A stretch of DNA of 48,065 nt from Burkholderiaceae bacterium (GTDB lineage: Bacteria; Pseudomonadota; Gammaproteobacteria; Burkholderiales; Burkholderiaceae_C), in contig JAIERT010000184.1 of NCBI GenBank assembly GCA_019746735.1, positions 1-48,065 of the forward strand, given 5' to 3'. Made by a program: the position numbers and the translations under genes. The notes below the pieces were generated by a model. It saw only the letters and a program-made list of their open reading frames with translations, made no database searches and was not told the origin of the DNA. This document shows, one piece after another, positions 8,939 to 18,610 of the stretch (positions are counted from its first letter, which is position 1; the number at the start of each line of letters is the position of its first letter).

Positions 8939-9892
8939 ATGAAAGCACAAGCCGTCGTGTTCAACAACCCCAAGCACCTGTCCCTGCAGGCGCTGGAGCT
9001 CCCCGAATTGAAGGAGGGGCAGCTGGAGGTTGCGGTGGACTACAGCGGCATCAGCACCGGCACCGAGCGCATGCTCTGGGACGGCAGCATGCCCGCCTTC
9101 CCCGGCATGGGCTACCCGCTGGTCCCCGGCTACGAGACCGTCGGCCGGGTGGTACGCAGTGCACCGGGGGCCACACTGCTGGAAGGCCAGACGGTCTTCG
9201 TGCCCGGCGCCAGCTGCTTCACCGGCGTGCGCAGCCTGTTCGGCGGCGCCGCCTCCAGGCTGGTGGTGACCGAACAGAAGGTGCTGCCCGTCGCGGACCA
9301 TCTGGGCGCCAGGGCGGTGCTGCTGGCCCTGGCCGCAACCGCCTACCACGCTGTCTCCGGCGGCGGCCAGCAAGAACCGCATCGCGCGCCGGAACTCATC
9401 GTCGGTCATGGCGTTATGGGTCGCCTGCTGGCGCGCCTGACCGTGGCCGCCGGCTTCGCCCCGCCCACGGTCTGGGAGACCCAGGCCGAGCGCGCCATGG
9501 GCGCCCAGGGCTACCCGGTCCTGCGCCCGCAGGACGACCCGAAGCAGGACTACCACACCATCTACGACGTCAGCGGCGACGCCTCCCTGCTCGACCAGCT
9601 GATCCAGCGCCTGCGCCCCGGTGGCGAGGTGGTGCTGGCCGGCTTCTACCGCCAGAGCCTGCAGTTTGCCTACGCCCCGGCTTTCATGCGCGAGGCGCGC
9701 ATCCGGGTGGCGGCCGAATGGAAGCGCCCCGATCTGCTGGCCGTCAACCAGCTGGTGGCCGATGGCCGTCTCTCACTCGATGGTCTGGTCACCCATGTCC
9801 AGCCCTCGCACCTTGCCACCGTTGCGTATGAGACCGCGTTCGGTGATGTCTCCTGTCTCAAGATGATTCTCGATTGGAGTGCCAGCGCATGA
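8939..9892 (+). CDS. bchC: 3-hydroxyethyl bacteriochlorophyllide a dehydrogenase
   Basis: SGISTGTERMLWDG, FPGMGYPLVPGYE, LIVGHGVMGRLLAR; MDR dehydrogenase fold; before bchX. Confidence 0.95.
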   Translation: MKAQAVVFNNPKHLSLQALELPELKEGQLEVAVDYSGISTGTERMLWDGSMPAFPGMGYPLVPGYETVGRVVRSAPGATLLEGQTVFVPGASCFTGVRSLFGGAASRLVVTEQKVLPVADHLGARAVLLALAATAYHAVSGGGQQEPHRAPELIVGHGVMGRLLARLTVAAGFAPPTVWETQAERAMGAQGYPVLRPQDDPKQDYHTIYDVSGDASLLDQLIQRLRPGGEVVLAGFYRQSLQFAYAPAFMREARIRVAAEWKRPDLLAVNQLVADGRLSLDGLVTHVQPSHLATVAYETAFGDVSCLKMILDWSASA

Positions 9893-10899
9893 ACACCCAG
9901 ACCCAGCCTGCAGAACAGCCCATCAAGTTTGTGGAACTGCTACGCCAGGAGGCCGCTGTCGACCCGGCGCCCGTATCCACCAGCGAGGTGACCAAGACCA
10001 CGCAGATCATCGCGATCTATGGCAAGGGCGGCATCGGTAAGAGCTTCACGCTCGCCAACCTGAGCTACATGATGGCCCAGCAGGGCAAGAAGGTGCTGCT
10101 GATCGGCTGCGATCCCAAGAGCGACACCACCAGCCTGCTGTTCGGCGGCAAGGCCTGCCCGACCATCATCGAGACCTCGTCGCGCCTCAAGCTGGCCGGT
10201 CAGGCCGTGAGCATCAGCGACGTCTGCTTCAAGCGCGACGGCGTGTTCGCGATGGAACTCGGCGGCCCCGAGGTCGGCCGCGGCTGCGGTGGTCGCGGCA
10301 TCATCCACGGCTTCGAGACGCTGGAGAAGCTGGGCTTCCATGACTGGGGCTTCGACTACGTGCTGCTCGACTTCCTCGGCGACGTGGTCTGCGGCGGCTT
10401 CGGCCTGCCGATTGCCCGCGACATGTGCCAGAAGGTGATCGTGGTGGCCAGCAATGACCTGCAGTCACTCTACGTGGCCAACAACGTCTGCTCGGCCGTC
10501 GAATATTTCCGCAAGCTCGGCGGCAACGTCGGCGTGGCGGGCATGGTCATCAACAAGGACGACGGCACGGGCGAGGCCCAGGCCTTTGCGAGCAATGCCG
10601 GCATCCCGGTGCTGGCGGCGATCCCGGCCAACGAGGACATCCGCCGCAAGAGCGCCAGCTACGAAATCATCGGCAAGCCCGACAGCGAGTGGGGTTCGCT
10701 CTTCGCCGAGCTCGCCCAGAACGTCGCCGAAGCGCCTCCCAAGCGGCCCAAGCCGCAGACGCAGGACCAGCTGCTCGGCCTGTTCAGCGCCGACACGGTG
10801 GGCCGCAATGTGGTGCTCGAACCCGCCACCCTGTTCGACATGGTGGGCAAGGACGACACCGTCAAGCCCAGTCTCGAAGTCATCTACGACCAGACCTGA
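9889..10899 (+). CDS. bchX: Chlorophyllide a reductase iron protein subunit X
   Basis: [12 protein letters not shown]-loop, [31 protein letters not shown]; ATGA overlap with bchC. Confidence 0.96.
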   Translation: MNTQTQPAEQPIKFVELLRQEAAVDPAPVSTSEVTKTTQIIAIYGKGGIGKSFTLANLSYMMAQQGKKVLLIGCDPKSDTTSLLFGGKACPTIIETSSRLKLAGQAVSISDVCFKRDGVFAMELGGPEVGRGCGGRGIIHGFETLEKLGFHDWGFDYVLLDFLGDVVCGGFGLPIARDMCQKVIVVASNDLQSLYVANNVCSAVEYFRKLGGNVGVAGMVINKDDGTGEAQAFASNAGIPVLAAIPANEDIRRKSASYEIIGKPDSEWGSLFAELAQNVAEAPPKRPKPQTQDQLLGLFSADTVGRNVVLEPATLFDMVGKDDTVKPSLEVIYDQT

Positions 10900-10904
10900 A
10901 CGCC

Positions 10905-12452
10905 ATGGCCCGCACCATCCCCATCCAGCCGGTCAGCGCCCACGCCTCTGCGGCACCAGGCGAAGCCGGAGCCTGCCATGCCGGGGCCGATCACATGCAG
11001 GCGGCCGCGCGGCAGGCAGGCAAGTCCGAAGTGCTCGAGCAATACGCCCGTGACTACCCACGCAAGCAGGAGGCCGGTCCGCACGACCAGCCGCAAAGCA
11101 TGTGTCCGGCCTTCGGCTCGCTGCGGGTGGGCCTGCGGATGCGGCGCACCGCGACCATCCTGTCGGGCTCGGCCTGCTGTGTCTACGGCCTGACCTTCAC
11201 CTCGCATTTCTACGGTGCGCGCCGCAGTGTGGGCTACGTGCCTTTCAATTCGGAATCGCTGGTCACCGGCAAGCTGTTTGAGGACATCCGCGAGGCGGTC
11301 CACGCCGAGGCCGATCCGGCCAAGGTCGACACGGTGGTGATCATCAACCTGTGTGTTCCGACCGCCAGCGGCGTGCCGCTGCAGCTGCTGCCGAAGGAGA
11401 TCAACGGCGTGCGCATCATCGGCATCGACGTCCCGGGCTTCGGGGTACCGACCCACGCCGAGGCCAAGGATGTGCTGGCCGGGGCGATGCTGAAATACGC
11501 CCGCGAGGAGATCATGAACGGCCCGGTGGCCACGCCCAAGGGCGGCCGCTCGGTCGTGCCCACCGTGAGCCTGCTGGGCGAGATGTTCCCGGCCGATCCG
11601 GTGATCATCGGCCAGATGCTCGCGCCCATGGGCCTGGCCGCCGGACCGGTGGTCCCCACCCGCGAGTGGCGTGAGCTCTATGCGGCGCTGGACTGCAGCG
11701 TGGCAGCGGCCATCCATCCCTTCTACACCGCCAGCATCCGTGAATTCCAGGCCGCCGGTCGCCCCGTCGTGGGCTCGGCGCCGGTCGGGCTCGAAGGGAC
11801 GCAGGACTGGCTGCAATCCATCGGCACGGCAGCGGGAGTCGGCCAGGACCTGATCGATCTGGCGCGCAACCAGCAGCTGGGTGCCATGCGCGGCCTGCTG
11901 GCGCAAAAGCCGATCAGCGGGCGCATCACACTCAGCGGCTACGAAGGCTCGGAACTGCTGGTGGGACGCCTGCTCATCGAGTGCGGTGCCGATCTGCGCT
12001 ACGTCGGCTCGGCCTGTCCGGCCACGCCCTGGAACGCACACGACATCGCATGGCTGCAAGCCCATGGCGTGCAGGTGCAGATGCGCGCCTCGCTCGAGCA
12101 GGACCTGTCAGCCATGCACGAGTACCAGCCCCAGCTGGCGATCGGCACCACCCCGGTGGTGCAGAAGGCCAAGCAGCTGAGCATCCCTTCGCTCTACTTC
12201 ACCAACCTGATCTCGGCCCGCCCGCTGATGGGGGTGGCGGGCGCGGGCTCCCTGGTCCAGGTGGTCCAGTCGGCCATCGGCAATCAGCAACGCTTCGACG
12301 AGATGAAGGCCTTCTTCGGCGAGGTCGGCTCGGGCCATGCCGCCGGTGTCTGGGAGTCGGTGCCGGTGGACCGTCCCGAATTCAAGGCCGAGACCCGCCG
12401 CCTGCTCGAGAAGCAGCTCAAGAAGCGCAAGGCCGAGGAGATGGGCACATGA
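10905..12452 (+). CDS. bchY: Chlorophyllide a reductase subunit Y
   Basis: [52 protein letters not shown]. Confidence 0.95.
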   Translation: MARTIPIQPVSAHASAAPGEAGACHAGADHMQAAARQAGKSEVLEQYARDYPRKQEAGPHDQPQSMCPAFGSLRVGLRMRRTATILSGSACCVYGLTFTSHFYGARRSVGYVPFNSESLVTGKLFEDIREAVHAEADPAKVDTVVIINLCVPTASGVPLQLLPKEINGVRIIGIDVPGFGVPTHAEAKDVLAGAMLKYAREEIMNGPVATPKGGRSVVPTVSLLGEMFPADPVIIGQMLAPMGLAAGPVVPTREWRELYAALDCSVAAAIHPFYTASIREFQAAGRPVVGSAPVGLEGTQDWLQSIGTAAGVGQDLIDLARNQQLGAMRGLLAQKPISGRITLSGYEGSELLVGRLLIECGADLRYVGSACPATPWNAHDIAWLQAHGVQVQMRASLEQDLSAMHEYQPQLAIGTTPVVQKAKQLSIPSLYFTNLISARPLMGVAGAGSLVQVVQSAIGNQQRFDEMKAFFGEVGSGHAAGVWESVPVDRPEFKAETRRLLEKQLKKRKAEEMGT

Positions 12453-13948
12453 GCGCCGTCAAGTCCCCGCTGATCATCGACCACGACCGCGCAGGCGGTT
12501 ACTGGGGCGCGGTCTACGTCTTCACCGCCATCAAGGGTCTGCAGGTCGTGATCGACGGACCGGTCGGCTGCGAGAACCTGCCGGTGACCTCGGTACTGCA
12601 CTACACCGATGCCTTGCCCCCGCATGAGCTGCCCATCGTCGTGACCGGCCTGGCGGAAGAACAGCTGGGCCGCGAGGGCACCGAAGGGTCCATGAAGCGG
12701 GCCCATGCGACCCTGGACCCGGATCTGCCCGCCGTGGTGGTCACCGGATCGATCGCCGAGATGATCGGTGGTGGCGTGACGCCAGAGGGCACCAACATCG
12801 CCCGCTTCCTGCCGCGCACCATCGACGAGGACCAGTGGCAGTGTGCCAACCGCGCCATGTACTGGCTGTGGAGCGAATACGGCCTGCGCAAGGTCCCGGC
12901 CCGCAAGCCCTTCAACGAGCGCACGGCAGAGGAGCGGCCGCGCGTCAACATCATCGGCCCGGCCTACGGCACCTTCAACAGTGCCAGCGACCTAGCAGAA
13001 ATCCGCCGTCTCGTCGAAGGCATCGGCGCCGATGTGAACATGGTCTTTCCGCTCGGCAGCCACCTGGCCGATGTGCCCAAGCTGGCCGATGCCGACGTCA
13101 ACATCTGCATGTACCGCGAGTTCGGCCGCATGCTGTGCGAGGCGCTGGAGCGCCCCTATCTGCAGGCTCCCATCGGACTGCACAGCACCACCCGCTTCCT
13201 GCGCAAGCTCGGAGAGCTGCTCGAGCTCGATCCCGAGCCTTTCATCGAACGCGAACGCCACACCACCATCAAGCCCATCTGGGACCTGTGGCGCTCGGTG
13301 ACCCAGGACTTCTTCAGCACCGCGAGCTTTGCCGTGGTGGCCAACGACACCTACGCCCGCGGCCTGAAGAACTTCCTCGAATTCGAAATGGGCCTGCCCT
13401 GCCGTTTCAGCATCTCGCGCACCGCCGGCACCAAGACCGACAACGTCCGGGTGCGTGAACTGGTCAAGACCCAGACGCCCCTGATCCTCTTCGGCAGCTA
13501 CAACGAACGCATGTACCTGAGCGAGACCGCCGGCCAGGGTCCGATGCGGGCCGCCTTCATTCCGGCCTCCTTCCCGGGCGCGATCATCCGCCGGCACACC
13601 GGTACACCCTTCATGGGCTACAGCGGCGCCACCTACCTGATCCAGGAAGTCTGCAACGCGCTGTTCGATGCGCTCTTCCACATCCTGCCCCTGGCCAGCG
13701 ACATGGACAAGGTCGAGGCCACCCAGGCACGTGGCCTGGTCACACCGAACACCACCTGGCAGGACGAGGCGCAGTCCAGGCTGCGCGAGCTGATCCAGGC
13801 CCAGCCCGTGCTGGTGCAGATTTCCGCGGCCAAGCGCCTGCGGGACCAAGCCGAGCAGATCCCCCGGATCACCGGCTGCGACAGCGTGACGCTGACGCAT
13901 GTCGAAGCGGCAGGCCATGCCCTGGGCATGGGGGGGGTACCGGCATGA
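12449..13948 (+). CDS. bchZ: Chlorophyllide a reductase subunit Z
   Basis: [38 protein letters not shown]-terminal [10 protein letters not shown] domain; ATGA overlap with bchY. Confidence 0.95.
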   Translation: MSAVKSPLIIDHDRAGGYWGAVYVFTAIKGLQVVIDGPVGCENLPVTSVLHYTDALPPHELPIVVTGLAEEQLGREGTEGSMKRAHATLDPDLPAVVVTGSIAEMIGGGVTPEGTNIARFLPRTIDEDQWQCANRAMYWLWSEYGLRKVPARKPFNERTAEERPRVNIIGPAYGTFNSASDLAEIRRLVEGIGADVNMVFPLGSHLADVPKLADADVNICMYREFGRMLCEALERPYLQAPIGLHSTTRFLRKLGELLELDPEPFIERERHTTIKPIWDLWRSVTQDFFSTASFAVVANDTYARGLKNFLEFEMGLPCRFSISRTAGTKTDNVRVRELVKTQTPLILFGSYNERMYLSETAGQGPMRAAFIPASFPGAIIRRHTGTPFMGYSGATYLIQEVCNALFDALFHILPLASDMDKVEATQARGLVTPNTTWQDEAQSRLRELIQAQPVLVQISAAKRLRDQAEQIPRITGCDSVTLTHVEAAGHALGMGGVPA

Positions 13949-14082
13949 ACAGCCTGCGCCGCCCCCGCCCTTTCCATTCGGATCCCGTCGCCAGCGGCGC
14001 CGGGTCCACCCCCATGTCGTGGCCCTGTGCTGCGGCTGCCCATCTGCGCGGGCTGTGCGCAACCCTGGTCGCAAGGCCGTAA
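13945..14082 (+). CDS. Possible 45-aa ORF between bchZ and pufB
   Basis: ATGA overlap with bchZ stop, G-rich upstream, TAA just before the pufB RBS; no recognisable motif. Confidence 0.25.
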   Translation: MNSLRRPRPFHSDPVASGAGSTPMSWPCAAAAHLRGLCATLVARP

Positions 14083-14095
14083 CGAAGGAGCACAT

Positions 14096-14239
14096 ATGTC
14101 AACCAAGACATCCATCTCAGGACTGTCAGACGAGGAAGCTCAGGAGTTTCACCACTACTACATGCAAGGATTTGTGGGATTTACGGCCGTGGCTGTAGTT
14201 GCACACATCTTGGTATGGATGTGGCGCCCCTGGCTCTGA
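14096..14239 (+). CDS. pufB: LH1 light-harvesting beta subunit
   Basis: [12 protein letters not shown]...[15 protein letters not shown] (BChl-ligating His, WRPW); AAGGAG RBS. Confidence 0.96.
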   Translation: MSTKTSISGLSDEEAQEFHHYYMQGFVGFTAVAVVAHILVWMWRPWL

Positions 14240-14275
14240 GTCCAGCTTTTTTAACCGATTGACGGAGTAACTGTC

Positions 14276-14500
14276 ATGCAACACACCCCACTAATCGAGG
14301 CTGACCATGCGCCTGCGCATGAGTCACAAGCCTTCTGGACCATCTTTCTGCTGGCCTTCGTTCTTCTCTTCGTGGTTGTCCTGCTGGCCAAACTGGTAGG
14401 CGTTCACTGGAGAGAGCTGTTGCCCGGCGCAGAGCATGCCAAAGGCATCGGTCAAGGTGTGAAAGCGGCGGTTTACACCTTCATGTCCCACATCATCTAG
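14276..14500 (+). CDS. 74-aa single-TM protein inside puf operon (PufQ-like size/topology, unconfirmed)
   Basis: GGAG RBS, hydrophobic helix FWTIFLLAFVLLFVVVLLAKLVGV, amphipathic C-terminus; stop overlaps pufA RBS. Confidence 0.75.
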   Translation: MQHTPLIEADHAPAHESQAFWTIFLLAFVLLFVVVLLAKLVGVHWRELLPGAEHAKGIGQGVKAAVYTFMSHII

Positions 14501-14510
14501 GAGAAGCATC

Positions 14511-14711
14511 ATGTGGAGAATTTGGCGACTTTATGACCCGCTGCGAGCCATGGTGGTTCAAGGCATTTTTCTGTTCGCGTTGGCAGCGATGATTCACCTC
14601 ATCCTGCTCAGCACCAACAAGTTCAACTGGCTGGACGGAGCGAAGAAGCCGGCGGCGACAACGGGGCAGTATTCCCCGCTGCCTCCCTCGGTTCCTGCCG
14701 CGAAGTCCTGA
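14511..14711 (+). CDS. pufA: LH1 light-harvesting alpha subunit
   Basis: MWRIWRLYDP...LAAMIHLILLSTNKFNWL; AGGAG RBS. Confidence 0.96.
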   Translation: MWRIWRLYDPLRAMVVQGIFLFALAAMIHLILLSTNKFNWLDGAKKPAATTGQYSPLPPSVPAAKS

Positions 14712-14726
14712 TTCCAGAAGCCTAGC

Positions 14727-14766
14727 GCAGGTGCTGTGCCTGGACAGGGTCCAGAGCAGCATCTGC
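14727..14766 (+). other. pufA-pufL intercistronic stem-loop (mRNA stabiliser/attenuator)
   Basis: GCAGGTGCTG..CTGGAC-AGG-GTCCAG..CAGCATCTGC inverted repeat; position matches the known decay barrier that enriches pufBA mRNA in purple bacteria. Confidence 0.7.
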
Positions 14767-14794
14767 TCATCACAGACAAGCAGGAGACCACACC

Positions 14795-15634
14795 ATGGCC
14801 ATGCTGAACTTTGAGAAAAAATACCGGGTCCGTGGCGGGACTCTGCTCGGTGGTGATTTGTTCGACTTCTGGGTCGGCCCTTTCTACGTGGGATTCTTTG
14901 GCGTCACCACCCTCTTCTTTGCGATCCTGGGAACAGCCATGATCCTCTGGGGTGCCTCTCAGGGCCCCACCTGGAATCTCTGGCAGATCAGCATCGCGCC
15001 TCCCGACCTGTCCTACGGCCTGGCCTTCGCGCCGCTGATGGAAGGCGGCCTCTGGCAGCTCATCACGGTGTGCGCGATCGGCGCCTTCGTGTCCTGGATG
15101 CTGCGCGAGATCGAGATCTGCCGAAAACTGGGCATGGGCTACCACGTCCCCTTTGCCTTCGGCGTGGCGATCTTTGCCTACGTCACCCTGGTGGTGATCC
15201 GACCGGTGCTCATGGGCGCCTGGGGGCATGGCTTCCCCTACGGCATCTTCAGCCACCTCGACTGGGTGTCCAACGTGGGCTACCAGTACCTGCACTTCCA
15301 CTACAACCCGGCACACATGCTCGGCGTGAGCTTCTTCTTCGCCAGTGTGTTCGCCCTGTCCCTGCACGGTGGATTGATTCTGTCCTCCACCAACCCCAAA
15401 CCCGGCGAGACCGTGCGTACGCCGGAGCATGAGGACACCTTCTTCCGCGACATCATCGGCTACTCGATCGGCACCCTGGGCATCCACCGTCTGGGCCTCT
15501 TCCTCGCCCTGGCGGCCGTGCTCTTCAGCGCGCTGTGCATCGTGCTCAGCGGACCGTTCTGGAGCCGCGGCTGGCCCGAATGGTGGAGCTGGTGGCTCAA
15601 CCTGCCGATCTGGTCCCAGTGGCCTCTCAAGTAA
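14795..15634 (+). CDS. pufL: Photosynthetic reaction centre L subunit
   Basis: [53 protein letters not shown]. Confidence 0.98.
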   Translation: MAMLNFEKKYRVRGGTLLGGDLFDFWVGPFYVGFFGVTTLFFAILGTAMILWGASQGPTWNLWQISIAPPDLSYGLAFAPLMEGGLWQLITVCAIGAFVSWMLREIEICRKLGMGYHVPFAFGVAIFAYVTLVVIRPVLMGAWGHGFPYGIFSHLDWVSNVGYQYLHFHYNPAHMLGVSFFFASVFALSLHGGLILSSTNPKPGETVRTPEHEDTFFRDIIGYSIGTLGIHRLGLFLALAAVLFSALCIVLSGPFWSRGWPEWWSWWLNLPIWSQWPLK

Positions 15635-15649
15635 GAACAGGAGCAGATC

Positions 15650-16627
15650 ATGGCGCAATACCAAAACCTGTTCACCACCGTGACGGCGACCGGTCCGGTC
15701 CATCACGGGGTGGAGCTCGGACGCGGCAACGACCCACGCCTCGGTGAACCTCTCACCAGCTACTGGCTGGGCAAACTCGGCAATGCCCAGCTCGGGCCGG
15801 TCTACCTCGGTGGCCTGGGCGTGGCCTCTCTGATGTGTGGGCTGATTGCCTTCTTCACCATCGGCATGAACATGCTGGCCTCGGTCAACTACGATCCCAT
15901 CCAGTTCGTGCGCCAGCTCTTCTGGCTGGCCCTGGAGCCACCGCCGCCGAGCTATGGCCTCTCGCTGCCCCCGCTCAATCAGGGCGGCTGGTGGCTGATC
16001 GCCGGCGGCTTCCTGACGCTGTCGCTGCTGCTGTGGTGGGCCCGCACCTACCGGCGCGCACGCGAACTCGGCATGGGCACCCACATCGCCTGGGCCTTCG
16101 CCGCCGCGATCTGGCTCTTCCTGGTGCTGGGCTTCTTCCGCCCGGTCCTGATGGGCTCCTGGGGTGAGGCGGTGCCCTTCGGCATCTTCCCCCACCTGGA
16201 CTGGACCGCGGCCTTCTCGCTGCGCTACGGCAACCTGTTCTACAACCCCTTCCATGCGCTGTCGATCGCCTTCCTCTACGGATCGGCCCTGCTCTTCGCC
16301 ATGCACGGCGCCACCATCCTGGCCGTGACCCGCTTCGGCGGCGAGCGCGAGATCGAGCAGATCACCGATCGCGGCACGGCCTCGGAGCGGGCGGCCCTCT
16401 TCTGGCGCTGGACCATGGGCTTCAACGCCACGATGGAGTCCATCCACCGCTGGGCCTGGTGGTTCGCCGTGCTGTGCCCGCTGACCGGCGGCATCGGCAT
16501 CCTGCTCACCGGCACCGTCGTCGACAACTGGTACCTCTGGGCCATGAAACACGGCGTGGCGCCACCGTATCCGGATGTCTTCCCGCTGATCAGCGACCCG
16601 GCCCTCAGCACAGGAGTCAAGCCATGA
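15650..16627 (+). CDS. pufM: Photosynthetic reaction centre M subunit
   Basis: [55 protein letters not shown]. Confidence 0.98.
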   Translation: MAQYQNLFTTVTATGPVHHGVELGRGNDPRLGEPLTSYWLGKLGNAQLGPVYLGGLGVASLMCGLIAFFTIGMNMLASVNYDPIQFVRQLFWLALEPPPPSYGLSLPPLNQGGWWLIAGGFLTLSLLLWWARTYRRARELGMGTHIAWAFAAAIWLFLVLGFFRPVLMGSWGEAVPFGIFPHLDWTAAFSLRYGNLFYNPFHALSIAFLYGSALLFAMHGATILAVTRFGGEREIEQITDRGTASERAALFWRWTMGFNATMESIHRWAWWFAVLCPLTGGIGILLTGTVVDNWYLWAMKHGVAPPYPDVFPLISDPALSTGVKP

Positions 16628-17697
16628 AGCAACACCACCACACCTCCAGCGGCCCGCGTCCGATCACGCTGTCCCTGCTCAAGGGCCTGACCCTGGCCGT
16701 GGCCGTGACCGTCCTGGCGGGCTGCGAACGCCCGCCCATGGAATCGGTCCAGCACGGTTACCGCGGTACCGGCATGGTCCAGGTCTACAACCCGAGAACG
16801 GTCGAGGCAGCAGCCGACAAGCACGTGGTGCCCGTCGCCGAACCCCAGGCCGACGACAGCGGCCCCAAGGCCTCGGCGGTCTACCAGAACGTCAAGGTGC
16901 TGGGTGACCTGAGCGTGGGCAAGTTCACGCGGGTGATGGTGGCCATGACCTCTTGGGTGGCCCCCAAGGAAGGTTGCGTGCACTGCCACAACCCGGCCAA
17001 CTTTGCCGATGACAGCAAGTACACCAAGGTCGTCAGCCGCAAGATGATCGAGATGACGCAGCACATCAACCAGGACTGGCAGCAGCACGTCGGCAGCACC
17101 GGCGTGACCTGCTACACCTGCCACCGCGGGCAGAACGTCCCGAGCGATATCTGGACCAAGCTCAATCCCCAGCCCTACGGCGCCAACTTCATGGGCGACA
17201 AGGCCGGTCAGAACGAGCCCAATCCGGTGGCCAACCTCTCCTCGCTGCCGGTCGATCCGTTCACCCCTTTCCTGCTGGGCAACGAGCCCATCCGGGTCAA
17301 CGGCAACACCGCACTGCCCTCGGGCAACCGGCAGTCGATCAAGCAGGCCGAGGCGACCTACAGCCTGATGACCCACATCTCGACTTCCCTGGGCGTCAAC
17401 TGCACCTACTGCCACAACACCCAGTCGTTCTCGAACTGGAAGGGCAATCCTCCGCAGCGGCTCACGGCCTGGTACGGCATCCGGATGGCACGCGACCTGA
17501 ACGTGAACTACATGGAGACCCTGGTCGAGGCCTTCCCGGCGCACCGCAAGGGCGCCCTGGGCGATGTCGCCAAGCTCAACTGCGCCACCTGCCACCAGGG
17601 CGCCTACAAGCCGCTGAACGGCGCGCCCATGGCCCAGGACTTCACGGAGCTGGGCGGGCTGGCCAAGGTGCTGGCCGCCAACGTTCCCAAGCAGTGA
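16624..17697 (+). CDS. pufC: Reaction-centre-bound tetraheme cytochrome c subunit (lipoprotein)
   Basis: Lipobox LAGC-ERPP; four CxxCH motifs (CVHCH, CYTCH, CTYCH, CATCH); ATGA overlap with pufM. Confidence 0.96.
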   Translation: MKQHHHTSSGPRPITLSLLKGLTLAVAVTVLAGCERPPMESVQHGYRGTGMVQVYNPRTVEAAADKHVVPVAEPQADDSGPKASAVYQNVKVLGDLSVGKFTRVMVAMTSWVAPKEGCVHCHNPANFADDSKYTKVVSRKMIEMTQHINQDWQQHVGSTGVTCYTCHRGQNVPSDIWTKLNPQPYGANFMGDKAGQNEPNPVANLSSLPVDPFTPFLLGNEPIRVNGNTALPSGNRQSIKQAEATYSLMTHISTSLGVNCTYCHNTQSFSNWKGNPPQRLTAWYGIRMARDLNVNYMETLVEAFPAHRKGALGDVAKLNCATCHQGAYKPLNGAPMAQDFTELGGLAKVLAANVPKQ

Positions 17698-17712
17698 ACG
17701 CACAGGCATGAA

Positions 17713-17763
17713 AACCGGGGCCGGCCATGATCACGATCCTGGCACGGCCCCGTTCCCTTTCTG
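17713..17763 (+). terminator. Probable intrinsic terminator after pufC
   Basis: CGGGGCCG-GCCA..TGGC-A-CGGCCCCG hairpin followed by TTCCCTTTCT. Confidence 0.6.
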
Positions 17764-17833
17764 AGGGCTGGGGCACGACGCTCCGGCCTGCCTGCACCGC
17801 ACGGGGTGACTGGCCGCCAGCGGAGCCGCGGGC

Positions 17834-18610
17834 ATGAGCGCCATCCCCTCCTCCGCTGACGTCCTGCCCGGTGTGGTGGTCGTCATCCTGCTGGACTACC
17901 TACGCCGGCACCAGGCCTGGGGATGGATGCGCCTGGTCGCCGGCCCCTCCAGCTTCAAGGACGTTCCCGGTCTGCTGTTTGCCAAAGTCATGGGCAGCGG
18001 TCATGGCGGCGGCTTCGGCCTGCGCCCCAGCGCGACGCACCAGGGCCTGATCTGCCGCTTCAGCGGGCTCGATCTCGCGCTGGAATTCCTGCATGGCAAG
18101 CAGGCCAGCGCGCTGCGCGAGCACGCGCGCAAATCCTGGTCCGGCGTGCTGTCGGTCAGCGCCAGCCGCGGCAGCTGGGACCAGCAGCCCTGGCCCCTGA
18201 CCGACGCGGCTGCCATCCCGAGGGCGCCGGCCGGTCCATCCACGCCCAGCCGACCGCTGGCCATCCTCACCCGGGCCAGCATCGTGCCCTCCAAGGCCAT
18301 GGCCTTCTGGCGCTATGCGCCAGCGGCTCAGGCCGATCTCAACAAGGCACCGGGCTGCCTGCTCGCCATGGGCCTGGGCGAGGTGCCGCTGGTGCGTCAA
18401 TGCACCTTCAGCCTCTGGCGGGATGCCCGGGCCATGCGCGACTACGCGACCCAGGGCGCGCACCAGGTGGCCGCTGCCGCCGCACATCGCCATGGCTTTT
18501 TCTCGGAGTCGCTGTTCGTCCACATGGACGTGCTGCAGATGGCCGGGCACTGGCGGGGGCAGGACTTCGGCCATGAACTGGGGCTGAATCAGGAGACAAG
18601 ACATGCCTAA
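17834..18610 (+). CDS. crtA: Spheroidene monooxygenase
   Basis: FAKVMGSGHGGGF, LTRASI, FWRYAPAAQ, GLGEVPLVRQCTFSLW, GAHQ, FFSESLF motifs typical of CrtA. Confidence 0.88.
   Translation: MSAIPSSADVLPGVVVVILLDYLRRHQAWGWMRLVAGPSSFKDVPGLLFAKVMGSGHGGGFGLRPSATHQGLICRFSGLDLALEFLHGKQASALREHARKSWSGVLSVSASRGSWDQQPWPLTDAAAIPRAPAGPSTPSRPLAILTRASIVPSKAMAFWRYAPAAQADLNKAPGCLLAMGLGEVPLVRQCTFSLWRDARAMRDYATQGAHQVAAAAAHRHGFFSESLFVHMDVLQMAGHWRGQDFGHELGLNQETRHA

Noticed and set aside
9889-13948. NifH/NifDK-like motifs suggesting nitrogenase (also 29640-37196)
   Set aside because: Signatures and order identify chlorophyllide reductase BchXYZ and DPOR BchLNB.
14230-14253. Terminator-like CTGG..CCAG + T-run after pufB
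   Set aside because: Stem only about 4 bp; too weak to call.
14511-14711. Ca2+-binding, red-shifted LH1
   Set aside because: Alpha C-terminus is NWLDGAK, lacking the WxxDN-type motif.
14795-17697. Unusual RC cofactor ligands or a triheme PufC
   Set aside because: Key His/Tyr/Glu residues of L and M look standard and all four CxxCH motifs with distal Met/His are present.
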